From Pseudomonadales bacterium (GTDB lineage Bacteria > Pseudomonadota > Gammaproteobacteria > Pseudomonadales > Azotimanducaceae), in contig CAXXJO010000002.1 of assembly GCA_963422285.2 (NCBI GenBank), positions 1,310,842 through 1,374,841 on the forward strand: 64,000 nt of DNA, given 5' to 3'. Shown in pieces: positions 18,943 through 29,168 of this stretch; position 1 is the first letter of the stretch; each line of letters starts with the position of its first letter. The position numbers and the translations under genes are program-made. Below the pieces are notes generated by a model. The model did no database searches and was not told where the DNA came from. It worked only from the letters and a program-made list of their open reading frames with translations.

Positions 18943-20415
18943 CTACGGCCCGGTCAGCCCGCGCACGAAATCGACTACCGGGCCGGGATAGACGCCCAGC
19001 GCCAGGATGGTCGCGCCCAGCACCGCCACGGTGGCGACGCCTTCCCAGCGCACTCGGGACGATGCAGTCGACTCGCCCTCGGGCCGCTTGGCGAGGGCGA
19101 AGACGATGCGCAGGTAGTAGTAGATGCCGATGGCGCTGCCAAGGATCAGCGCCCACACCAGAACCCAGACGGCACCGTCGACGCCGGCCGCGACGAGGTA
19201 GAACTTGGCGATGAAGCCGACGGTGAGCGGGATGCCGGCCAGAGACAGGGCGGCAACGGCCAGCACCGCCGCCAGCAGCGGCCGTTTCCACAGCAAGCCC
19301 TCGTAGGCGCTCAATTCCTCGGCATCTCCGCTGCCGCCGGGGAGTACGCTTTCGCTTGCCGGCGCGGGGTCGCTGGAGAGCACGGCGATCACGCCGAAGG
19401 CCGCCAGCGTCATCAGGAAGTAGCCCGCCATGTACACCAGCGCCGCCTCGACGCCAAGCCCGGTCTCGACGCCCGGCGCGGCAGCGACCAGCAGCGCGAT
19501 CAGCAGATAGCCGACATGGGCGATGGAAGAATAGGCCAGCAGACGCTTCAAGTTGGCTTGCAGCAGCGCCAGCAGGTTGCCGCCCACCATGGACAGCGCC
19601 GCCACCACCACGACCACGGTGCGCAGCACGTCGGCATCGAGCAGCCCAGCGTCCAAGGCGTAGCGCAGCAGCACGGCGAACACCGCGCCCTTGGAAACCG
19701 TGGCGACGAACCCGGTCACTGGCGCGGGGGCGCCCTGGTAGACGTCCGGCGTCCACATGTGGAACGGCACCAGAGAGAGCTTGAAGAAGACGCCGGCCAG
19801 CAGCAGGGCCTGACCCAGGGAGAGAATCACGCGGTCGTTGCGAACCAGTTCTCCAGGTTCCACGAACGCCAGCGTTGCCGTCACCAAGTAGATCAGCGCC
19901 ATGCCGAACAGCATGGTGCTCGAAGCGGCCCCGGACAGCACCAGGTACTTGGCCGCGGCCTCCAAGGGCGGCCGGCCCTCCTCCGGGTAGGCGATCATCG
20001 CGTAGAGGGAGATGGACAGCACCTCCAGGCCCAGCAGGAAACCGGGGAAGTTGGTGGCGCTAGCGGTCACCGCGGCACCCAAGGTGGCGATCACCAGCAG
20101 GATGTAGAACTCCTGCCGATGCCGGGCGCGGGAGGGCAGATAGCGGTGCGACAGCACCGCGGTCGCCAGCGCCGCCAGCGCGAACAGCGCCAGAAAGAAC
20201 AGCGCGTAGCCATCGACGCGCAGCAGGTCGTCGATGGACTGATCGCCAGCGTCGACAGCCAGCCGCACAGACACCAGCGCTGCCGCCAGCACCGCCAATG
20301 AGCCCGCGAAAGCGACGACATGGGAACGCAGCCACGCCACCAGCACCAGCAGCAGCACGATGCCGCCGGCGAGCACGAGATAGGGCGCCAGCGCCTGAAG
20401 CTGCAAGGCGGTCAT
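18943..20415 (-). CDS. nuoN: NADH-quinone oxidoreductase subunit N
   Basis: Starts MTALQLQALAPYLVLAGG, with an ATGA overlap with the nuoM stop. Polytopic antiporter-like protein in the last position of the operon. Confidence 0.9.
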   Translation of the reverse strand: MTALQLQALAPYLVLAGGIVLLLVLVAWLRSHVVAFAGSLAVLAAALVSVRLAVDAGDQSIDDLLRVDGYALFFLALFALAALATAVLSHRYLPSRARHRQEFYILLVIATLGAAVTASATNFPGFLLGLEVLSISLYAMIAYPEEGRPPLEAAAKYLVLSGAASSTMLFGMALIYLVTATLAFVEPGELVRNDRVILSLGQALLLAGVFFKLSLVPFHMWTPDVYQGAPAPVTGFVATVSKGAVFAVLLRYALDAGLLDADVLRTVVVVVAALSMVGGNLLALLQANLKRLLAYSSIAHVGYLLIALLVAAAPGVETGLGVEAALVYMAGYFLMTLAAFGVIAVLSSDPAPASESVLPGGSGDAEELSAYEGLLWKRPLLAAVLAVAALSLAGIPLTVGFIAKFYLVAAGVDGAVWVLVWALILGSAIGIYYYLRIVFALAKRPEGESTASSRVRWEGVATVAVLGATILALGVYPGPVVDFVRGLTGP

Positions 20416-21872
20416 GGCAGCACCCCGAGCGCGGCGATGGTGTCGGCGGACAGATCCAGCACCGACTGCGGATAGACGCCCACCCAGACGAGGCCCAGCA
20501 TCATCAGCACCATCACGCTCATCTCGCGGAAGCCGAAGTCGCGCATGGCGGCCACATCCGGGTTGGGTGCGCCCTGGAAGGATCGCTGCATCAGATGCAG
20601 CCCGTACACCGCGGCCACGACGATGCCCGCGGTCGCCGCCACCGCTAGCGGCACGTTCTTCTGGAAGGCGCCGAGCAGAGCCAGGAACTCGCCGACGAAG
20701 TTGCCAAGCCCCGGCATGCCCACCGAGGCGACCACGAAGAACAGCGTCATCGCCCCCATGCGCGGCGCATGAGTCCACAGGCCGCCCATGCGCGCCATCT
20801 GCCGGCTATGCAGCCGCTGCTGCAAAGCGCCGGCCATCATGAACAGCGCCGCGGTGGAGAAGCCGTGGGCCACCATAGTCACCACGGCGCCTTGCATGCC
20901 GTGCTCGTTGAAGGCGTAGACGCCGAGCAGCACGAAGCCCATGTGCGCGATGGAGCTGTAGGCCACCAGCCGCTTGAAGTCCGATTGGCTGAACGCCATC
21001 GCGCCGCCGTAGAGGATGCTTGCCGCGCCCAGCAGCATGGCCCATTGGGCGTAGTCCTGGGATGCCTCCGGGAACAGCGGCACGGCGAAACGAATCAGGC
21101 CGTAGGCGCCGGTCTTGAGCAGGATGCCGGCCAGGATGACGCTGCCGGCGGTGGGCGCCTGGGTGTGGGCGTCCGGCAGCCAGGTGTGCAGCGGCACCGA
21201 CGGCAGCTTGGTGGCGAAGGCGGCGAAGAAGCCCAGCATCAGCCATACCGTCACCTCGCGGCCCAGGTTCGCTTGCAGCAGCTTCTTGTAGCTGAACGTC
21301 AACTCGCCGCTGGCCGCGTAGTGGAAGTACACCAGCGCCAGGATCGCCAGCAGCATCAGCAAGCCGCTGATCTGGGTGAACAGGAAGAACTTCATGGACG
21401 CATAGCCCTTGTTCTCGTGCCCCCAGATGGCGATGAGGAAGTACATGGGAATGAGCATGACTTCCCAGAAGAAGAAGAACAGGAACAGGTCCAGAGCGGT
21501 GAACACGCCTACCACCCCGGCCATCACCCACAGAATGTTGAACTGGAAAAAGCCCTTGCCGGTTTCGATCTCGTCCCAGGACGACACCACGGCGACGATG
21601 CCGAGGAACATCGTCAGCGCCACCATAAGCAGGCTCAACCCGTCCAGTTCCAGAATCACGTTGATGCCGAAGCGCGGGATCCACTCGATGAACTGCTGCG
21701 CGTAGAGGCCGTCGACAGTCGCGCCGGCGCGCCATTCCAACACCGCCCAGAGCAGCCCGATGGCGAACGCCAGCAGACTGACCAGCCGCGGCGCGTTGCC
21801 GCCGGCGAGCCGCTCCGACGCCCAGGCCAGCGCTCCGGCGACGAACAGCAGCAGGATGACGGCGAGAATCAC
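20412..21872 (-). CDS. nuoM: NADH-quinone oxidoreductase subunit M
   Basis: GTG at 21872 overlaps the nuoL stop (GTGA). Antiporter-like motifs such as LHTWLPDAH. Confidence 0.88.
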   Translation of the reverse strand: MILAVILLLFVAGALAWASERLAGGNAPRLVSLLAFAIGLLWAVLEWRAGATVDGLYAQQFIEWIPRFGINVILELDGLSLLMVALTMFLGIVAVVSSWDEIETGKGFFQFNILWVMAGVVGVFTALDLFLFFFFWEVMLIPMYFLIAIWGHENKGYASMKFFLFTQISGLLMLLAILALVYFHYAASGELTFSYKKLLQANLGREVTVWLMLGFFAAFATKLPSVPLHTWLPDAHTQAPTAGSVILAGILLKTGAYGLIRFAVPLFPEASQDYAQWAMLLGAASILYGGAMAFSQSDFKRLVAYSSIAHMGFVLLGVYAFNEHGMQGAVVTMVAHGFSTAALFMMAGALQQRLHSRQMARMGGLWTHAPRMGAMTLFFVVASVGMPGLGNFVGEFLALLGAFQKNVPLAVAATAGIVVAAVYGLHLMQRSFQGAPNPDVAAMRDFGFREMSVMVLMMLGLVWVGVYPQSVLDLSADTIAALGVLP

Positions 21873-23746
21873 AGCATCTCCAGCACGATCAGGAACATCA
21901 GAATGAGACCGATGGTCATGTTGGCCGCGTACCAGCGCAGGCGGCCGGTCTGGGTGAGGGCACCGATGTGGTAGAAGCCTCGCGTCACGGCCGCGACGGC
22001 GCGGTAGACGAAGTCCACCGCGTCGGCCTTGTTGACCCGCGCCGCCCATACGAAGGGCTTGACGAAGGCATGGTCGTAGACCCAGTCGAAGGCCCAGCCG
22101 CTATGCCAGAAACGCCGCAGGGCATCGCCCAGCGAGGAATCGACCAGGGCGCGAATATCGAGCCGCCCGCTGAAGACGAAGACGCCGACCAGGATGCCCA
22201 GCAACGGCAGGAGCATGGTGGCGATGGCCGCGGGATGCGAATGCGGAATATGGTCCACGGCACCGAGCAGGTCGTCCAGGATGCCGATGCCTAGATAGCC
22301 GCCGAAAACGGACAGCGCGGACAGCACCGCCAGCGGCCCCCACATGTTGATGCGGGAGCGGTCGTGGGGTTCTATCTTGGTCTCGCCGAAGAACGCCACC
22401 ACCATCATGCGCGTGGTGTAGAGCGCCGTCATGGTCGCCGCCGCCACGCCGCCCAGCCAGAACAGCCAGCCGTACTCCCCGTGGCCGTAGGCAGTCAGCA
22501 GGATGGCGTCCTTGCTGAAGAAGCCGGAGGTCACCCAGGGCAGCGCCACCAGCGCCCCGGAGCCGATCAGCATGCTGTAGAACGGCACCGGCAGCTTCCG
22601 CCACAGGCCGCCCATCTTGAAAATGTCCTGCTCGTGGTGCAGAGCCAGGATCACCGACCCGGATGCGAGGAACAGCAGCGCCTTGAAGAAGGCGTGGGTC
22701 ATCAGGTGGAAGATCGCCGCCGACCAGGCGCCGACGCCCAAGGCCATGAACATGTAGCCGATCTGGCTCATGGTGGAGTAGGCCAGAATACGCTTGATGT
22801 CGGTCTGGGCCAGCGCAGTGAAGGAAGAGATGAACAGCGTCGCCAAGCCCACCACGGCCACCGCCAGCTGGGCCGTTTCCGACAGCGCGTAGATGCCCTT
22901 CATGCGGGCGATGAGGTAGACGCCGGCGGTCACCATGGTGGCAGCGTGGATAAGGGCGGATACCGGCGTCGGGCCGGCCATGGCGTCCGGCAGCCAAGTC
23001 TGCAATGGCACCTGGGCGGACTTGCCCACGGCACCGCCGAGCAGCAGCAGGCCGATGGCCGTGGCCATGCCGGCATCGAGTTCGCCGGCCTTGGCCAGGG
23101 CGGACTGGATCTCCAGCGTACCGATCTCGCGGAACAGCAGGAACAGCCCCAGCGCCATCAGCGTATCGCCGACCCGGGTCACCACGAACGCCTTGCGCGC
23201 CGCATAGCCGTTGGCGGCGTCGCGATGGTAGAAGCCGATCAGCAGATAGCTGCACAGGCCGACGCCTTCCCAACCGAGAAACAGCGTCAGCAGGTTGTCG
23301 CCCAGCACCAGCATCAGCATGGCGAAGACAAACAGGTTCATATAGGCGAAGAAGCGGCTGTAGCCCTCTTTCCGCGCCTTCGGCGCCGCGTCGCGGGAGC
23401 TTGGCTCGTCGAGATCCTGCCACATGTAGCCGGTGGCGAAGACATGGATGAGGAAGCCGACGCCGGTGATGACGCCAGTCATCACCAGGGAGAGATCGTC
23501 CAGGTAGAGGGTGACGGCCGGCGCGAAACCGCCCACCGCCATCCAGGTCCACAAGTTTTGCGCGTAGGACGGCTGGCCGCTTTGGTGGAAGTCCAGACCG
23601 ACGACAAGCGCCACCAGCGCGGCAAGGCCGACGGAACCGGCACCAATCACGCCAACCATCTTGTCCGGCAGCCGGCCCTCGGTGGCGAACAGCACCAGGA
23701 AGCCGAGCAGCGGCAGCGCGGGAATCAGCCACAGCAGGTCCTGCAT
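21869..23746 (-). CDS. nuoL: NADH-quinone oxidoreductase subunit L
   Basis: 625 aa, starts MQDLLWLIPALPLLGF, contains LQTWLPDAMAGPTPVSALIHAATMV. Confidence 0.92.
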   Translation of the reverse strand: MQDLLWLIPALPLLGFLVLFATEGRLPDKMVGVIGAGSVGLAALVALVVGLDFHQSGQPSYAQNLWTWMAVGGFAPAVTLYLDDLSLVMTGVITGVGFLIHVFATGYMWQDLDEPSSRDAAPKARKEGYSRFFAYMNLFVFAMLMLVLGDNLLTLFLGWEGVGLCSYLLIGFYHRDAANGYAARKAFVVTRVGDTLMALGLFLLFREIGTLEIQSALAKAGELDAGMATAIGLLLLGGAVGKSAQVPLQTWLPDAMAGPTPVSALIHAATMVTAGVYLIARMKGIYALSETAQLAVAVVGLATLFISSFTALAQTDIKRILAYSTMSQIGYMFMALGVGAWSAAIFHLMTHAFFKALLFLASGSVILALHHEQDIFKMGGLWRKLPVPFYSMLIGSGALVALPWVTSGFFSKDAILLTAYGHGEYGWLFWLGGVAAATMTALYTTRMMVVAFFGETKIEPHDRSRINMWGPLAVLSALSVFGGYLGIGILDDLLGAVDHIPHSHPAAIATMLLPLLGILVGVFVFSGRLDIRALVDSSLGDALRRFWHSGWAFDWVYDHAFVKPFVWAARVNKADAVDFVYRAVAAVTRGFYHIGALTQTGRLRWYAANMTIGLILMFLIVLEML

Positions 23747-23750
23747 GGCG

Positions 23751-24062
23751 CTATCCGCTCAGCTCGTTGGCGGCGTCGATGTCCAAGGTGCCGAAGCGGC
23801 GCGAAATCTGCAACACCAGCCCCAGCGCCACGGCCACTTCGGCGGCGGCCAGGGCGAGGATGAACATGAACATGATCTGGCCATCCGGCACCCCCCACCT
23901 GGCGCCGGCGGCGATGAACGCCAGCCCGGCGGCGTTCATCATCACCTCCAGGGACATCAGCAGGAACATGACGTTGCGGCGCACGAGGACGCCCAGCAGC
24001 CCCAGCAGAAACAGCAGCATCGCCACGCCCAGGACGTACTCGATGGGAACCGCGATCGCCAC
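23751..24062 (-). CDS. nuoK: NADH-quinone oxidoreductase subunit K
   Basis: 103 aa with 3 TM segments and the conserved LSLEVMMNA and AAAEVAVGL-type motifs. GTG start directly after the nuoJ stop. Confidence 0.9.
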   Translation of the reverse strand: MAIAVPIEYVLGVAMLLFLLGLLGVLVRRNVMFLLMSLEVMMNAAGLAFIAAGARWGVPDGQIMFMFILALAAAEVAVALGLVLQISRRFGTLDIDAANELSG

Positions 24063-24599
24063 TCAGTCGTCCCCGCTTCCAGCAGGAGTTTCCCGTCGTT
24101 CTTCCAGATAGCGGCGGCCCAAGTGATAGGCACCTACCAAGGCGGCCAGCAGCAGGAAGCCCGCCAGCTCCACGGCCAGCAGGTACGGTCCGAACAGACT
24201 CCTGCCTACCGCATCGGGGCCAACCATCACGCCCTTGGTCTCATGGACGGATCCGGCGAGCACGTAGACCATCGATAGGAACAGAACGACGACCAGAATG
24301 CCGGGGCCGATCCACATCCCCGGTTGCAGCCAGCGGCTCTCGCGCAGCACCGAGGAGCGTCCGAGGTTCAGCATCATCACCACGAACAGGAACAGCACCA
24401 CGATGGCGCCGGCGTAGATCACCACTTCCAGGGCGGCGGCGAACGGCGCACCAAGCACGAAGAAGATCACCGCCACGGACAGCAGCGACACCACCAGATA
24501 GACCAGCGCGTGGGAGGCGTTCTTGCGGGTGACCACCAGGAAAGTGGATACCACGGCCACCGCGGCCGGAATCCAGAACAGCAGCAGGTCCGCGTTCAA
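24063..24599 (-). CDS. nuoJ: NADH-quinone oxidoreductase subunit J
   Basis: The only in-frame start consistent with NuoJ homology (..[49 protein letters not shown]) is TTG at 24599, overlapping the nuoI stop. Confidence 0.85.
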   Translation of the reverse strand: MNADLLLFWIPAAVAVVSTFLVVTRKNASHALVYLVVSLLSVAVIFFVLGAPFAAALEVVIYAGAIVVLFLFVVMMLNLGRSSVLRESRWLQPGMWIGPGILVVVLFLSMVYVLAGSVHETKGVMVGPDAVGRSLFGPYLLAVELAGFLLLAALVGAYHLGRRYLEERRETPAGSGDD

Positions 24600-25114
24600 G
24601 GCAGCAGACTCCGCACGTCCGTGGGCGGGGCTTCCCGCGCCGCTTCGCCCTTGGCCTTGCCGTGGATGGTCTTGCCCGCCACTTGCCAGAAGCTGTAGTC
24701 CGGGTACTTGCCCATGCCGTCGATCAGCAGATGCTCCTTCTCGTAGACCATGTTGGTGCGGTCGAACTCGCACAGCTCGAAGTCCGGCGTGAGCTGGATG
24801 GCGTAGGTGGGACAGGCTTCCTCGCACATGCCGCACATGATGCAGCGGGAGAAGTTGATGCGGAAGAACTCGGGGTACCAGCGTCCGTCCTGCTCGCGCT
24901 CGGTCTTCTGCAAGGCGATGCAGTCCACCGGGCAGGCCACGGCGCAGAGGTTGCAGGCGACGCAGCGTTCTTCGCCGTCCGGGTCCCGCGTGAGCACGAT
25001 GCGGCCCCGATAGCGCGGCGCCTGGTAGGGCATCTCCTCGGGATACTGCACCGTCTCGTTGCGCATGAAGGTGTGGCGAAAGACGGCCCACAGGGTTCTG
25101 AGCTGGCTCAACAT
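24596..25114 (-). CDS. nuoI: NADH-quinone oxidoreductase subunit I
   Basis: Two 4Fe-4S ferredoxin motifs: [12 protein letters not shown] and [12 protein letters not shown]. Confidence 0.92.
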   Translation of the reverse strand: MLSQLRTLWAVFRHTFMRNETVQYPEEMPYQAPRYRGRIVLTRDPDGEERCVACNLCAVACPVDCIALQKTEREQDGRWYPEFFRINFSRCIMCGMCEEACPTYAIQLTPDFELCEFDRTNMVYEKEHLLIDGMGKYPDYSFWQVAGKTIHGKAKGEAAREAPPTDVRSLLP

Positions 25115-25117
25115 AGG

Positions 25118-26086
25118 CTACTCCCACAACACGAAAAAGCCGGTGACCAGCAGATTCACCAGCGTCAGCGGCAACAGCACCTTCCAGCCCAGGCTCATCA
25201 GCTGGTCGTAGCGAGGACGCGGAATGGCCGCCCGCAGCAGCACGAACAGGTGGATGAATGCCAGCACCTTGAGGCCGAACCAGACCAGCGGCGGCAGGAA
25301 CTCCAACAAGCCCGGCACCCGCCAGCCGCCGAAGAACAGCAGCACGATCAGGCACGAGGTGGCGATCACCGCGACGTACTCGCCGCACATGATGAGGGCG
25401 AACTTCATACCCGAATACTCGGTGTGGAAGCCCGCTGTCAGTTCGTGCTCCGCTTCCGGCAGATCGAACGGCAGGCGGTGGGATTCCGCCAAGCCGGCGA
25501 TGAGGAAGATCACGAAGCCGAGAAACTGGGGCACGATGAACCACATGTCCTCTTGCGCATCCACGATGTCCACCAAGCTGAACGAGCCAGCGTGAATGAC
25601 CACCCCCATGATCGACAGCCCCATGAACACCTCGTAGGTGACCATCTGCGCGGCGGCGCGCAAGCTGCCGAGCAGGGCGTACTTGTTGTTGCTGGCGAAG
25701 CCGCCGAGCAGCACTCCGTACACCGCCAGCGACGACATGGCCAGGAACCACAACAGGGCTACATTGACATCGACGATGTGCAGTTCCGGCGCGAACGGAA
25801 TCACCGCCAGGATCAGCAGCATGGAACCGCATATCACCACTGGCGCCAGGACGAAGAAGACGCGATCGCCGAAAGGAGGCACCCAGTCGTCCTTGGTGAT
25901 GAACTTGATGCCGTCGGCGACGCCTTGCAGGATGCCGAACCAGCCCACCCGGTTCGGCCCCAGGCGATCCTGCCACCAGCCCAGCAGGCGGCGCTCCCAC
26001 CATTGCAGGAACATCACCGCCAGCAGCGTACCCGCCGCCACCGGCAGGATCAGCACATAGCTCCAGTTGATGTCGAATCCGAACAC
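25118..26086 (-). CDS. nuoH: NADH-quinone oxidoreductase subunit H
   Basis: 322 aa with a GTG start. Contains WERRLLGWWQDRLGPNRVG and SHRLPFDLPEAEHELTAGFHTEYSGMKFA. Confidence 0.92.
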   Translation of the reverse strand: MFGFDINWSYVLILPVAAGTLLAVMFLQWWERRLLGWWQDRLGPNRVGWFGILQGVADGIKFITKDDWVPPFGDRVFFVLAPVVICGSMLLILAVIPFAPELHIVDVNVALLWFLAMSSLAVYGVLLGGFASNNKYALLGSLRAAAQMVTYEVFMGLSIMGVVIHAGSFSLVDIVDAQEDMWFIVPQFLGFVIFLIAGLAESHRLPFDLPEAEHELTAGFHTEYSGMKFALIMCGEYVAVIATSCLIVLLFFGGWRVPGLLEFLPPLVWFGLKVLAFIHLFVLLRAAIPRPRYDQLMSLGWKVLLPLTLVNLLVTGFFVLWE

Positions 26087-26090
26087 GGGG

Positions 26091-28895
26091 CTATCCTTTC
26101 GCGATCAGGCCTTTCGCGATCAGGCCTTTCGCGGCCACGTTCGGCGCGCCGCCGGCAGACCGGACGAAGTCCAGATCAGCGGCAAGGTGAATCTTGGCGG
26201 TGGCAAGAACGCCGGCGCCGGGCAGCCCTTGGGCGATGCCGGCGACGCCGGGAGCCAGCGCCGGATCGAGACGGACTTCGACACTGGCATCGAGTTCCGC
26301 AACGCGCACGCCGTCCCCCGCCGCCACGCCAAGCCGCTGCGCGTCGGCCGGATTCAGCAGCGCGTAGGGCGCCGGCGTGCGTTCCCCGATCGGGGCCGAA
26401 GCGGCGGAGAGTTCGTCGCTGCCGAACACGTCGCTGATGCGGGCGGCGACGAAGATGTCGGCAACCAGCGACGTTTCGTCTTGGACAGACGATTCCGCGC
26501 TAGCGGAATCGGGGGCGACTGCGCCAGCAGTCGTGTCGGCCGACGCTCGCAGCGCGAAGGCGTCCGGAACCTGCTTGGCCGGCACGTTGGCCAGCAGCCG
26601 CACTCCAGGATCGCCGCCGGCCAAGGCGCCGCCCACTTCCTGCTGGAACTTGAACACCGACTGGTTGGAGTTCCAGCCCGGCGTCCAGACATAGGGCACC
26701 ACGGCGCCGGGCTGGTCGCCGACGTTGCGGCCTTCCATGGAGTAGGAAAGCGGTGTCTCGTGATCCACCGCAGCTTTGGGTTCGTGAACGCTTGCATCGG
26801 CGCGCATGGCGGTACGGCCGCTGTAGCGATGGGGCTGGCGCGGAATCTTCATGCCGGCGGCGGTGCGGAAGTCCGCCGTCGGCGCGAGCTGCGCCAAGGG
26901 CGCGAACACGCCCGCCGCGCTGGCGCAGGCTGCCGTCAGGTCGTCGATGTGCGACCAGTCGCCGGCGCGCTCGCATCGTGCCGCAATCGCCGCCAGCCAG
27001 CGCCAGGAGGGCGCGATCTCGTCGGCGGGTTCGAACACTTGGTAGAAACGCTGGGCGCGGGTTTCGTGATTGACGAAGGTACCGGTCTGCTCGGCGTAGG
27101 TGGCCGCCGGCAGCACCACCGCCGCAGCCGCCGCGGTGGGAGTTTCCAAAGCATCCAGCACCACGGCGTGGCGCAGATCGATGTCGGCTGGCACGGCGCG
27201 GCGATAGAGGTCGTTCTCCAGCACCAGAGCGCCGGCGCCGTCCCGCAGGCGCTGCAGCGCCGCGGACAGCGACAGGCCGCCGCCGAGCAGCGCCGCGCCG
27301 TAGCTGTTGGCCTCCATCGCCGTCAAGGCCAGCATGGCTTCCCGGCCTTGGCGCTTCAGCGCCCAGGCGATGTTGGCCGCGGCCCGGAGCAGACCCGGCT
27401 GCCGAGCTTCGCAGCCGGCGATCACCAGCGGACGGGCGGCACGGGCGAGTGCCTGCGCCGCCGCTTGAAGGAACCCGTCCGCCGCCGCGCCCGCGTCTGC
27501 GCCGATGGCGTCGGCAAGGGCGAACCCCGCCTGCGCCAAGGCCGCCGCCGCGCCGTGGCGCGTCGCCACCGCCAGTTCGTCGATGCGCGTGGAGGCCACG
27601 GAGGCGATGAACAGCGGGCTCTTCGCCGCCTGCCCGTGACCGCGTACGCCGGCATCCTGCCAGTCGGGAATGTCGGCGGCCCGAGCCATGTCGAAGGTGG
27701 CGCCGCGCACCGCTTGGCGAACGGCAAGGGCGATCCGGGGCGCGGTGTTGGAGATGTCCTCGCCGAGGATCAGCACGGCGTCCGCCTGTTCGATCTCGGC
27801 GAGCGACGGAATGTGGAAGCCGCCGGCGCGGTAGACATCCAGCGCCGCGGCCATGGTTTCCGCCTCGTCGTCGGCGAAGCCGGGGCAGAAGTTCGCCGCG
27901 CCGACGAACCGCTTGAGAGCGAAGTTCGCCTCCAGCGACGCCCGTGGCGAACCGATGCCGACCAAATCCGCATCCAGCCGGGCGGCGATGGCTGCCAGCG
28001 CCGCATCCCGGCCCGGCGCCTCGAACACGTCGTCTTCGGCGCGAACGCCGGCGTGGCGGATGCGCTTGTCGTGGTTGACGAAGTGCGAGCCGTAGCGCCC
28101 GCGGTCGCACAGGAAGTAGCCGTTCACCTGGCCGTGGTAGCGGTTGTGGACACGCTTGAGCACACCGTAGCGCTCGGCGGGGAAGGTGTTGCAGCCGACG
28201 GCGCAGTTCGGACACACGGACGGCGCCGATTGCAGATCCCACTTGCGGGTGTAGACCTTGGAGAACGGCTTGTCCGTGAACACCCCGGTGGGGCAGACCT
28301 CCACCAGATTGCCGGCGAACTCGCTCTGAAGCACGCCGTCCTGCTCGCGCCCGAAGAACATTCGCGAGCGCGAGCCGAAGGCGTCCAGGTCGGTGCCGCC
28401 GGCGTAGTCCCGGTAGTAGCGCACACAGCGGTAGCAGGTGATGCAGCGGTTCATCTCGTGGCCGACGAAGGGGCCGAGATACTGGTTCTCCCAGGTGCGC
28501 TTCTTGCCCGCGTAGCGGCGCATGGAATGCCCCGTCATCACCGTCATGTCCTGCAGGTGGCATTCGCCGCCTTCCTCGCACACCGGGCAGTCGTGGGGAT
28601 GGTTTTCCATCAGCCACTCGATCACCTGCTTGCGGAAATCGGCGGCGAACGCGGCCTCGATGGACACCCGCATGCCGTCCTGCACGGCCATCATGCAGGC
28701 CATCTGCAGGCGTCCGCGCGTATCCGCCTCGTCGGCGTAGTGGATGACGGCGCACAGCCGGCAGGATCCCACCGAGCCCATGGCCGGGTGCCAGCAGAAG
28801 TACGGCACATCGAGCCGCCGGGACAGGCAGGCATGCAGCAGGTTCTCGCCTGCTTCGAAGTCGTAGTCCTTGCCGTCGATGTTGACGCGGGCCAT
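26091..28895 (-). CDS. nuoG: NADH-quinone oxidoreductase subunit G (long, E. coli type)
   Basis: Starts MARVNIDGKDYDF..YFCWHPAMGSVGSCRLCAV. ATG at 28895 has GGGGGAG 8 nt upstream; a GTG at 28901 is an alternative start. Confidence 0.92.
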   Translation of the reverse strand: MARVNIDGKDYDFEAGENLLHACLSRRLDVPYFCWHPAMGSVGSCRLCAVIHYADEADTRGRLQMACMMAVQDGMRVSIEAAFAADFRKQVIEWLMENHPHDCPVCEEGGECHLQDMTVMTGHSMRRYAGKKRTWENQYLGPFVGHEMNRCITCYRCVRYYRDYAGGTDLDAFGSRSRMFFGREQDGVLQSEFAGNLVEVCPTGVFTDKPFSKVYTRKWDLQSAPSVCPNCAVGCNTFPAERYGVLKRVHNRYHGQVNGYFLCDRGRYGSHFVNHDKRIRHAGVRAEDDVFEAPGRDAALAAIAARLDADLVGIGSPRASLEANFALKRFVGAANFCPGFADDEAETMAAALDVYRAGGFHIPSLAEIEQADAVLILGEDISNTAPRIALAVRQAVRGATFDMARAADIPDWQDAGVRGHGQAAKSPLFIASVASTRIDELAVATRHGAAAALAQAGFALADAIGADAGAAADGFLQAAAQALARAARPLVIAGCEARQPGLLRAAANIAWALKRQGREAMLALTAMEANSYGAALLGGGLSLSAALQRLRDGAGALVLENDLYRRAVPADIDLRHAVVLDALETPTAAAAAVVLPAATYAEQTGTFVNHETRAQRFYQVFEPADEIAPSWRWLAAIAARCERAGDWSHIDDLTAACASAAGVFAPLAQLAPTADFRTAAGMKIPRQPHRYSGRTAMRADASVHEPKAAVDHETPLSYSMEGRNVGDQPGAVVPYVWTPGWNSNQSVFKFQQEVGGALAGGDPGVRLLANVPAKQVPDAFALRASADTTAGAVAPDSASAESSVQDETSLVADIFVAARISDVFGSDELSAASAPIGERTPAPYALLNPADAQRLGVAAGDGVRVAELDASVEVRLDPALAPGVAGIAQGLPGAGVLATAKIHLAADLDFVRSAGGAPNVAAKGLIAKGLIAKG
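26095..26133. repeat. 15-bp in-frame tandem duplication (2.6 copies) at the 3' end of nuoG
   Basis: CCTTTCGCGATCAGG occurs twice, followed by CCTTTCGCG. It encodes the C-terminal ..AKGLIAKGLIAKG. Confidence 0.9.
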
Positions 28896-29168
28896 GCGCA
28901 CTACTCCCCCGCGCCTGTCGCGCCAGCCGGAACGAAGAACAACGACGAACTCTCAGGAGAAGCACCCGTCGTTCCGTTGTCGAACACCTAGCCCTCCCGA
29001 GTCCCAATCCATACGCCGCCTGTCCTGCGCGAAGAACGCTGCCCAGGGGCAGGGCGCGTAGACCGCGCCACCATACAGATCGCCGCCCCGCGAGGCAAGC
29101 GCGAACCGCTGCGGAATCCGGCCTCGATGCTGCCAATCGAGCGCCCGGACTCTCGACGCGCCATGCGG

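Noticed and set aside
18491-20301. ORFs 18491..19756 (-) and 18721..20301 (+) overlapping nuoN and the Uma2 gene
   Set aside because: They are off-frame shadows with low-complexity Arg/Gly-rich sequence. They conflict with the nuoN frame, which has clear membrane-protein character.
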